Assembly (NCBI GenBank): GCA_977017575.1
Contig: CDRNVI010000029.1
Coordinates: forward strand, 496,001-560,000
Reading direction: 5' to 3'
From: Paramoeba atlantica
Lineage: Eukaryota > Protista > Discosea
Length of the DNA stretch: 64,000 bases
Shown here: positions 20,687 to 28,958 of the stretch, in pieces
Numbering within the stretch: the first letter of the stretch is position 1
Layout: each line of letters opens with the position of its first letter
Notes under the pieces: model-generated
The model's input: only the letters and a program-made list of their open reading frames with translations
The model's database searches: none
Told to the model about the DNA's origin: nothing
Translations under genes and position numbers: made by a program

Positions 20687-22354
20687 ATGGCGTCGTTGTT
20701 CCCGTACGACAGCGATGATGATTTCCCTTATCAAGCGGACGATGCGAAATCCTTATTATCGCCGGACGTCTCATTAACTTCTTGCACCTCGTATCCACAG
20801 ATGTATGCGAAGGGTGCGGTTGTGAATCTCACGCCGACACCTTGTGATGATTTAGTTAGTAGTCTTCCTTTCAGACAGGATTTGGTGCAGAATTCTGTGC
20901 AACTTGGTACAAAGAAAGTTCTTTCCGATAAGAAAGCTTCATTGCACTCCAAAACGAAACTTCAACAAAATTTTGCGAATGCCCCGCTTTCGACACCGAG
21001 GCTTTCCGTTTCAAAACTAGACACTTCCTTGCCCGAATTTCCCATTCGGATAGATCCTCTCAGAGCAGACGAAAAGCCCCGAATCGCAGACATTGAACCC
21101 GTTAGGGATGCGCTGCCTCCTTTTTCCACTCAACCGACATCATTTTCCCCTCCCAAGCCCAGTCGCACCATTTTTCATTTTCCCCATCACGCACCGAGTA
21201 GCAGAAAACCTTCTTGGTTCAGCAACAACACGACACGCCATTTCAATCAAACCGTTTCCTCGCGCTACCCCGCGCTTCCCCAGCACGAAATGTACGCCTT
21301 TCGAAACACCCATCTCGGAGGCGTCACGGTGTTACGGTGGGTTCCCTCCGTCCGCTCCCCCCGGTACTTCCTATCCGCGGGGATGGATGGGCTGGTACGG
21401 CTGTGGGACTGTGAGTTCGAAGCTCACGAGCTCGGGCCCGTGGTGTCCTATCAAGGACATCAGAGAGGGATACGCGACGTGTGTACTTTGAGCACCGAAA
21501 AATTTATTAGCGCAAGTTTTGATGGGTATATCAGAGAGTGGGATGTGGAAAGTGGGACATCCTGTAGGGCGTATTCATTTTCTACGAGTCAAAATTCAGC
21601 ATCCCCGTCTTTATGTGATGGAGGTTTTCCCTCCTGTTTAGAAGTTCCGCGGCTTTCATATGGTAACAGTACAGCTACAAACTCAAACTATGTAGAGAGA
21701 AACGCTGGAGTAAACAATTGGGCGCCATTTGAGTCAAGTTCAACATCAAACCCGGGTGTCAGTGATTCCGTCTTTTTTAGTGGTCACTCCAAGGGAGCAA
21801 TACGCCAGTGGGATCGTAGATCTCATCGAGCAGTGTCTGTGTGGAAATATCACGGGGACTCTATTAATGATCTACTTTATTCCGCTCATAATAATATCAT
21901 GATCAGCTGTAGTGACGATAAGACACTCCGTTGTCTTGACGGGAGAATGCCAAAGCAATACAAGTGCGTCGCTGCATCACACATGAATGTGATTATGAAC
22001 TTGAGTAGAGTTTCTGAGGGCTCTATGAAAACAATATTTCTGGCACATTCAATGGACAATCAAATACTCACGTATTCGTGTACAGGTCAGACCTTGCGAC
22101 TTGAAGACTCGAAATCTTTCTCTGGTCATATCGTAGTAGGATACCGAATTGCTGCGCATTGTAGCCCAGATGCGAAATATATTTCATCCGGCGATAGCAC
22201 AGGAAATTTTTGGTTATGGGAGGCGAAGTCACACCGTGTTGTGCGAAAATTTATGGCCCATGGTGGGTGCGTTTTATGCACACATTTGTGGCATCCTTCT
22301 TTACCTTACCTTGTCACGGGCGCTTGGGATGGTGGTATTAAAATTTGGTATTAA
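20687..22354 (+). CDS. CDC40: WD40 protein, CDC40/PRP17 (or WDR25)-like splicing factor
   Basis: HLGGVTVLRW...LSAGMDGLVRLW, GHQRGIRDV, FSGHIVVGY...SPDAKYISSGDSTG, WHP...TGAWDGGIKIW. Confidence 0.7.
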   Translation: MASLFPYDSDDDFPYQADDAKSLLSPDVSLTSCTSYPQMYAKGAVVNLTPTPCDDLVSSLPFRQDLVQNSVQLGTKKVLSDKKASLHSKTKLQQNFANAPLSTPRLSVSKLDTSLPEFPIRIDPLRADEKPRIADIEPVRDALPPFSTQPTSFSPPKPSRTIFHFPHHAPSSRKPSWFSNNTTRHFNQTVSSRYPALPQHEMYAFRNTHLGGVTVLRWVPSVRSPRYFLSAGMDGLVRLWDCEFEAHELGPVVSYQGHQRGIRDVCTLSTEKFISASFDGYIREWDVESGTSCRAYSFSTSQNSASPSLCDGGFPSCLEVPRLSYGNSTATNSNYVERNAGVNNWAPFESSSTSNPGVSDSVFFSGHSKGAIRQWDRRSHRAVSVWKYHGDSINDLLYSAHNNIMISCSDDKTLRCLDGRMPKQYKCVAASHMNVIMNLSRVSEGSMKTIFLAHSMDNQILTYSCTGQTLRLEDSKSFSGHIVVGYRIAAHCSPDAKYISSGDSTGNFWLWEAKSHRVVRKFMAHGGCVLCTHLWHPSLPYLVTGAWDGGIKIWY

Positions 22355-22552
22355 AATTTGGGGTGAAAATTATCGTGCAATACATTCTATTATTGATTCT
22401 ATACATTTTCGTTCATTCTGGTGTATTCGAATTAGGTATTCGATTTAAATAGTATGCTTACAACGACGTTAATCGTAGAAAACCCCGAATTTATGCTGTA
22501 AATCTGCCAATAGAATACATGTTTCGCAAGTTTAGGTGATTTCATTACATAG

Positions 22553-23116
22553 ATGTTTGCGACTTTTTACTTTTCGGAAGGGCATCGCCGCTGGCTCTCG
22601 TTCGCTGTTTATTTCTGGATATGCATTGTGGTCATACCGTTAGGTACTGTGGGATTTGTCTTGATTCCTATTATGAGAGATCCTTGTCCAGATCTTCCTG
22701 AAAGTGCTTTTATTTACTGCTCTAAAGATGCCTGTCTATCAGCCATTTGGGTCATAATTGCGTGTGCGTGCTACATGGTCAGGGCTGTGATTTTGATCAT
22801 CGTTATATCACTGTTGCTTACGTCGCTGATAAAAATGGCGAATCTTTGTCATTTCGTTACAAAGAAATTCGTTCTTTTGCTGCACCTTTTTGTGTCCGTG
22901 AGCAGTATTATTGGCCTTGCAACTTACGTATTTACTTGTTCGTGTGGTTCCTCATGTGAACCATACTTGCTTCCGCGAAATGAACTAATCATTTCTATTC
23001 TTATACTTGCTTCATTCGATATTATTTTCTCGGCATTGTTGACGTTCATTTCCTCGAGTTTATTGAAAGATTCCGTCCTGTGTCGAAGCGAAACAAGAGC
23101 AAAGAAGGTCCCCTAA
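22553..23116 (+). CDS. Hypothetical four-TM membrane protein
   Basis: Four hydrophobic segments with Cys-containing loops. Confidence 0.7.
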   Translation: MFATFYFSEGHRRWLSFAVYFWICIVVIPLGTVGFVLIPIMRDPCPDLPESAFIYCSKDACLSAIWVIIACACYMVRAVILIIVISLLLTSLIKMANLCHFVTKKFVLLLHLFVSVSSIIGLATYVFTCSCGSSCEPYLLPRNELIISILILASFDIIFSALLTFISSSLLKDSVLCRSETRAKKVP

Positions 23117-23124
23117 GATTACTA

Positions 23125-23826
23125 CCGTATACACCCCCCCCGAGTAGTAGGACCCCGGCCAGGATTAGCCCCCCACCACCAGTAATACCCCCCAGTAACA
23201 AAGATTTGGCTCGGGAGGGTGGTTGGAGGGGGGAGGGGGTGTTGGGGAGGGTGGTGGTGGACGGGCGGGATGAGGGTGGCTGCTCAGGGGCGAATCGCGC
23301 AGTTGTGCGGTTGGCTGGGCGGAAAATCAACGCACTCACGAGCAAAAAAGGTCTTTGTTAAGCATAACCCCCAGTAACATGAATTTGGCCATTTTGGTTC
23401 AAAATAGATTCTTTTGCTGGGGGGCATACGGTAATAATATTTGTAATTTCTCTATCGTAGGCCAAATATATTCTGGGAGATACTACACCCCCGCCAAAAA
23501 GTATTGTAATTTGTTACCGTATACCCCCCCAGTAAGCGAATGGGTTTTGGGTCGAAATGGCCAAATCTCTCTTACTGGGGGGGTATGCTTTTTTGGTCAG
23601 GTTCCTCTTTTCTCCCAACTTTTTTGACTATTTTTTCTATTTTTCTGAAAACGTTTTAAAACGCTTCTTTGGGTTACCCCCAAGGTCCCCAACATGCAGT
23701 CACTCACCCCCTACCCCCTATACGCCTCCTATTGGGCTCCCAAGCAAAATCACTCTTACTGGGGGTCAGCCTAAAAAGGGTCAAATTTCTCTTACTGGGG
23801 GGTATCTTACTGGGGGGGGTACACGG
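23125..23826. mobile_element. Composite MITE, family C (CCGT termini, TA flanks)
   Basis: TA|CCGTATAC(AC)CCCCCC..AGTA at 23125 and again at 23517, and the inverse TTACTGGGGGGGGTACACGG|TA ending at 23826. Subterminal GCCAAAT-N5/6-TTACTGGGGG motifs occur in both orientations. Confidence 0.75.
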
Positions 23827-24141
23827 TAGTATGAAGTCTATGGAAACATAGCATGGCTCACACAGCACAAAGGCAGTACAATTGGAAGTACAATTTGGAA
23901 TTGGTAGTATTGACCACGAATTTTTGGTCGATACTAATGTAGAGGAAGAAGGAGGCGCAAGATTAAAAGCAGAAGGCTGGGCTTTCTTCCTTTTGCACAG
24001 GAAAGATTTGGGAGTCTAAGGAGTTGGGTTCAGGGTCAATGGTAGGCAGTATTGGAAGTAACTGGGAAGTATTGGAAAAGGGCAGTTAAAAAACTTGTTA
24101 ATTGTTTTGAACATCTATGTAATATTCGTGCTACACTGTGA

Positions 24142-24747
24142 ATGCTGCAGGTATATAGGAAACTGTTGAAAAAGTCTGGAAAGCCCACTGAGCTTCCAGA
24201 ATACAAGTACGTGTACGCGCCTTGGGAAGGCGATGGCCCATCACAGGAGCAAATTGAGCGAGCGCGGCGTAAATTTCAAACAGCAGCATCTTGGAAGCCA
24301 CCCTACAAACCAATGACAGTCCCACATGTCCCAGATAATATGTACACCTTTGGCAAGGAGGGCATGACTGTCCCGATTGCTATCTTTAAAGGGCAGGAAG
24401 ACCCCGTCATTGGACCCGAGTGGACTTATCCTGGAATCTATGATATAAAAAAGTACGCAGCTGCGACCACAACAGAACAGCTTATCATGAAGGATCGAGA
24501 ACTGAGATCGCAGGGAGAGTCTCTTCCCTACTGGCAAAGACGCTCGTTGCGCGTTCGAACGAATAACATTAACTTCATGGCGGGCGTTAAAATTCGTAGG
24601 GTAAGGTACGGCGCGTGGAGACCATTCCAACGTGTAAAAGGAAAAAAGACTAAATCTAGAGCCGAAACAGCCGCCCAAAAAAAGGCTGAGGCAGCGGCCG
24701 CTGCAGAAAAACAAAAACTTGAAGCGAAAGACACAACGAAGAAATGA
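24142..24747 (+). CDS. MRPL54: Mitochondrial ribosomal protein mL54-like
   Basis: PIAIFKGQEDPVIGPEWTYPGIY resembles the mL54 IxKxGxDP-x-P-x-YP motif. The C-terminus is basic. Confidence 0.55.
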   Translation: MLQVYRKLLKKSGKPTELPEYKYVYAPWEGDGPSQEQIERARRKFQTAASWKPPYKPMTVPHVPDNMYTFGKEGMTVPIAIFKGQEDPVIGPEWTYPGIYDIKKYAAATTTEQLIMKDRELRSQGESLPYWQRRSLRVRTNNINFMAGVKIRRVRYGAWRPFQRVKGKKTKSRAETAAQKKAEAAAAAEKQKLEAKDTTKK

Positions 24748-25265
24748 TAGTAAGTTGAATCAGTTGGGAAACTAGAATGTTATATTGTTTGTTAGAAGAA
24801 CAAGAACGAACAGAGTTGTTTGTTGGTAAGAAACTCCCTCCACGAAGTATATTACCATTATTTTATATTCGCATTTGATTATGCTACGCGTTCTTTTGGA
24901 CTACCCGTCCTATCGTAGGAAGGTTCAGCAAGGTGTAGTAGGGCTATCTGGTAGTGACCAGCTACGCAAACCACATAAGGTTGGCAAAGGGCTACTTTCT
25001 TCAGAAACTAAGTTGCAGCAACTTGTCCGGAACATTAGCAATCCGGACCATTCTTGGAGAGCGGAAAATGATGTTTGCTTGTGGTCTGGTGTAGTTTGCG
25101 ATCCCTACAATGTAGTTGTGAAACTTTCATGGGATTTCTATGGGTTGTCTGGTACTCTTGATTTTAATTATTTCCCCGAAACCATTAAACTGGTGTATCT
25201 GGATGGAAACAATTTTGTCGGTAATGTAGATCTTCAATTTCTTCCTGGAGTTTTGGAGCATTTGG

Positions 25266-25298
25266 ATAAAGATACAGTTTCTGTACCTTGTTGGTACA
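25266..25298 (+). ncRNA. SL RNA: 3' part of a kinetoplastid spliced-leader (mini-exon) exon plus 5' splice site
   Basis: ATAAAGATACAGTTTCTGTACCTTGTTG|GTACA carries the conserved ACAGTTTCTGTAC core at the canonical distance from TTG|GT. TGTACC/GGTACA forms the top of SL stem-loop I. Confidence 0.8.
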
Positions 25299-25835
25299 TT
25301 TTCCCTTTAGTTCATCTTTTCTTTCCCCGGCATAATCTTACTGTTTTATATGCCCGTTGCCGGCCGGCACTAAGGCCGAAACTGTCCCTCTTTCTCGGCG
25401 AAGTAGGGGACACGCTTCCACCCCATCACCCCTCCCCGGCTCACTCCTTGAGTGGGTTTTCTTCCCTCCCCGGCTTTCTTCCCTTCGCGCCCTTTTCTTC
25501 CCGGGGAGCCATGCGCCATGGTGGCCTCCCTTGAGGACCACTGGGCGTGGCTCTGCCTCGTCTTATCGCGAGGCAGCGGTCGGTTGCAGTGCGCCCCTCC
25601 GGCTGCGTAAAGAGATGGTGAGTTGCTTGGACCACCTCTTCCGACTGGGACCGAGTCGGTTGCAGTGCGCCCCTCCGGCTGCGTAAAGAGAGGGCGAGTT
25701 GCCTGGACCCCCTCTACCGACAGAGTCCGAGCTAAACCCCCTTGGTGCGACATCCGTCAATACGGATTGTGCCGATGATATCGGCTGTCGCATCAAGGGC
25801 TGTATCTCTGCGCCAACGAGCGCATGAACATCAAA
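25268..25835 (+). mobile_element. GC-rich, hairpin-rich insert, probable permuted SL RNA gene repeat unit (orphon)
   Basis: Defined by the restored LRR frame. Begins in the SL exon, ends in AACATCAAA(AT), AT is shared at both junctions, and no longer TSD is visible. Confidence 0.65.
25579..25730. repeat. Tandem duplication, 2 x 76 bp
   Basis: GTCGGTTGCAGTGCGCCCCTCCGGCTGCGTAAAGAGA is identical at 25579 and 25655; the second halves differ at several positions. Confidence 0.95.
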
Positions 25836-26817
25836 ATTTCACATAATCGATTCACCGGCACTCCTGAGCTACGGTACCTTCCAGAGAACTTGATACACTT
25901 GCATTTTGCAGGGAATTGTTTTAAGGGGTACATAGATCTGAGCTGCTTGCCAAGAACGCTTGTCTCGCTTATGATTTATAACAATCCTGAGCTCAAGGGA
26001 GAACTTGTGCTATCTAAACTTCCACTTAGCTTAGTTTACAAGAAATGGCATGGCACCGAAATCACGTGCATATAGGATAGGATGTAAGAACGACAGTGTT
26101 TATTTACTTTTGAAGTAAAAATTATATTATAAAAATTATGTTATTAAAATTATATTATTGGTCTAATCTCCCATTTTTTTCCCAAATGTTTTTTGAAGTT
26201 TTGAAGGGCACTCCAAATACTAAAATTAGTTACTTGGATTTCATCTGCCCATCTTCTGAGGCTGAAATATGGACCATTCGTGCTTTCCATTTCCCATTTC
26301 GCTCGTTCATGTATTGTCCATACAGTATCGATACTCCACCGAACTCTATAAGTGTGTCACACCTTTTGCCAACCTGGTGTGGCACAATTTGAGCCCTAGA
26401 ATTTGAGTCCTTGTTTTCTATAAATGTCCCCGAATGTCTCGGTGTAAATAAGTCAAAGTCTTCTCTTTCGTCAATACCAATCTAGTAGGATTGTAAAATC
26501 ACTGAACTCGAAAAAACGTTGAAGTATTTTTTTTTTGAAACAAATTTGGGAGATTCCACCAAACATTTTCGTAAGTCAAAAGACTTGGTCAAAAGTACTT
26601 TACTATGGGGAAATACATTATGGGATTATGATTTTTTGTTTCACTGGATTCGACTAAATCGTTCGCTGTTTCATCCCTGATAAACAACCATCGTGAACTG
26701 TCAGGAAAAAGTTTCCATACGTTTTTGTTGGTTCGACGTTCTTTATCAGATGCAGTTATTTTCTACAGTAGGATGCAGTCTACAATTTACATTATTGTTG
26801 ATTCTTTTCAGTTCAAG

Positions 26818-27813
26818 ATGAGGACTAGTGCCCATGTTTCAAATCGGCTACGCTCTGCATACTACGTGAACGCCATTTCGTATTGGAGAATCCGGAGCTG
26901 GAAAACCTTTTTGACAAGACAGGATAGTGTAGCCCCGATGCGCACCACAGCACTGAAGTACCGCCCTTATTCAACGCAGACTCTTGTGCCAACCGATGAA
27001 TCTGTGAACGTATCCCGAGCCTCCGGCAAAAGTCCTACAGCTCTTGTTAGTGCGTCGTGTACGCCAAATCCTATCAGTCGTATGTTTCGAGGTCCTCAGT
27101 ACCTTCTTCCTGGACAAATATTAAGTGTGCAATCACACACGGATGCAAATAAGTTTCCATTGGTGAAACGTTTATACGAAGCCGGGGAAAATATGCTACG
27201 TGATGTATACGTGACTGATAATTGCCTCACAATTAGCCTCGACTCCACGGGAGGCATTAACGTGGAAGAGGTATGGAATCGCTTTGCACCTCTTTTTTGC
27301 GAGATCATTGCGGAATTTGTGTTTGTCTCTTTAGAAAAAACACCCCATTTATCCAATGAAACTGATCAGGACAGAAGCTACGATTCAACTTTGTACACAG
27401 GGCGCATTGTAAATCTCTTCAGTGGAGAGGCGTACGATGATGCAGCCATCTCTACTGTACCGGAATTTAGTTCAGGAGATGACGATACGGAACCCAAGGC
27501 GACGGATTCAGATGCTGTACTAGCCATAAAAGAACTTCTTGCTACACGTGTTAAGCCAATGTTACAGGCGGACGGTGGCAACTTGAAGTTTGTCGGTATG
27601 GATAGTGACGGAATCGTGTACATCCTTCTTCAAGGCGCATGTGTGTCATGTCCAAGTAGCTCTATTACGCTGAAGAATGGGATCGAAAGAATGCTAATGC
27701 ACTGGGTTCCTGAAGTTCTCGAGGTACAAGAAGTAGATGAAAACTATGCACGCGAATGGAATCAACAAGAACAGAAAGGCGCAGGATCTAAATCTAGTGA
27801 ATCACCGAAGTGA
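26818..27813 (+). CDS. NFU1: Fe-S cluster scaffold NFU1
   Basis: Nfu_N region (LVKRLYE...VYVTDNCLTI) and NifU C-domain IKELLATRVKPMLQADGG...LQGACVSCPSSSITLKNGIERML. The likely ATG is 26818; the ORF is open from 26725. Confidence 0.93.
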   Translation: MRTSAHVSNRLRSAYYVNAISYWRIRSWKTFLTRQDSVAPMRTTALKYRPYSTQTLVPTDESVNVSRASGKSPTALVSASCTPNPISRMFRGPQYLLPGQILSVQSHTDANKFPLVKRLYEAGENMLRDVYVTDNCLTISLDSTGGINVEEVWNRFAPLFCEIIAEFVFVSLEKTPHLSNETDQDRSYDSTLYTGRIVNLFSGEAYDDAAISTVPEFSSGDDDTEPKATDSDAVLAIKELLATRVKPMLQADGGNLKFVGMDSDGIVYILLQGACVSCPSSSITLKNGIERMLMHWVPEVLEVQEVDENYAREWNQQEQKGAGSKSSESPK

Positions 27814-27979
27814 GAATACATCTTTTTCCTTGTCAATTATGCTACACTATTAAAACTATTCATTTCCTCATATTGATATGAATTCCTTATCTTGATATTA
27901 AAAGCAAAAGCATTAATCATAATTTTTTATAGGTCGAGTGCATCATCTGCTTTAAAACAATATAAGATTTGTCATAAAA

Positions 27980-28453
27980 ATGCGAAGCAAACCTTCCCGT
28001 TCCACTTCGAGACCGACACATTCCTCCTCGACTCCTCATCGAGGCGGGTTGTTTGGGAGCGCTCAACGGTCCCACTCTACGAATGCAAAAAGTGGAGCAC
28101 CCGGTGCAGCAACGAGGACACAACCTGCTCCTCATTCGTCCGGACTTATGGGGACACTAGCGGCAAGTGCCACGGGGGCAATCGCTGGTAGTGCATTGAG
28201 TCGGGCAATGTTTGGCAACTCGCAACCAGTGGAAGAATACGCAACTGGTGATAACAGTGCGGTACAAGGGAACGATACTTTTAATCCTACTGATTCTTCT
28301 GGACAACATTTGAAAGCACATCCGTGTGCTCCTGAAATGAATAATTTTATTCAATGTATGGAATCGAATCATGAAGGAAGTGATTTTGTAAGTTGTCGTT
28401 GGCCATGGGAGACCTTCGAGCAATGTCACAGAAAATTTCCGCAACGATTCTAA
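27980..28453 (+). CDS. CHCHD2: Twin CX9C protein, CHCHD2/CHCHD10/Mix17 family
   Basis: GLMGTLAASATGAIAGSALSRAMFG hydrophobic helix and C-x9-C...C-x9-C. Confidence 0.9.
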   Translation: MRSKPSRSTSRPTHSSSTPHRGGLFGSAQRSHSTNAKSGAPGAATRTQPAPHSSGLMGTLAASATGAIAGSALSRAMFGNSQPVEEYATGDNSAVQGNDTFNPTDSSGQHLKAHPCAPEMNNFIQCMESNHEGSDFVSCRWPWETFEQCHRKFPQRF

Positions 28454-28958
28454 AGTTTAGCATTGTTATAATCCTACCCGTTCTCTATATTTTATTGCTC
28501 CTTTTTTTGAAATCCCTTTTGTTTCGAACACTGGATATGTTCGTCCTTCTTTATACCCCGTAGATTGACAAATCAGCAAAGTGTCCTGAGTACTGCTTGT
28601 AATATGATGTTACTCCTGGCGCAACGATATAATGTCGTAACCAGAGATGGTTAGAAATATTGTGAAACCGTTCCAATTGTTCCCCAACTATTTTACTGCT
28701 CTGCACATCCACGTATGTAAGCACATGTACGGGTAACAAATATATGTATTTCTCAGTAGAAAAACGTATTATCAGACTGCAACTATTATCAGAACTGTTT
28801 ATCCTACGCTGTCACTTTTTTTTGGTTGGACGAATTTTTTGCAACTCTAGAGCGTGTCATAAATCCTTTCATATTGTTGATTCACTTATTATACTTTTTC
28901 TATTATTAGCATTATTATTATTTAGTAAAGGTTTTTCTATTATACACGTTACCCGCAT

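Larger units (their letters stand above)
24881..26075 (+). pseudogene. Leucine-rich-repeat protein gene interrupted by a 568-bp insertion
   Basis: LRR N-cap (DVCLWSGVVCD) and LxLxxNxFxGxxDLxxLP repeats on both sides. Removing 25268-25835 joins LEHLD to ISHNRF and restores an unbroken 208-aa ORF. Confidence 0.88.

Noticed and set aside
23046-23851. Short ORFs over the C/G-rich repeat
   Set aside because: Low-complexity translations of MITE family C.
25362-25415. HDV-like or hammerhead ribozyme (GGCCGGCA...GGCGAA...GGGAC; GGCCGAAAC)
   Set aside because: No downstream P1 partner or nested pseudoknot and no CUGANGA core. It resolves into a palindrome plus a simple hairpin.
25294-25835. Insert removable as a GT-AG intron that rescues the LRR gene
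   Set aside because: Splicing from GT 25294 to AG 25797 or AG 25820 leaves 64 or 41 nt, neither in frame.
25300-25835. 5S rRNA gene linked to the SL unit, as in some kinetoplastids
   Set aside because: No recognisable 5S sequence on either strand.
26165-26555. Possible MITE bounded by AATCTCCCA / TGGGAGATT
   Set aside because: Only a 9-bp inverted match, with no target duplication or second copy in the window.
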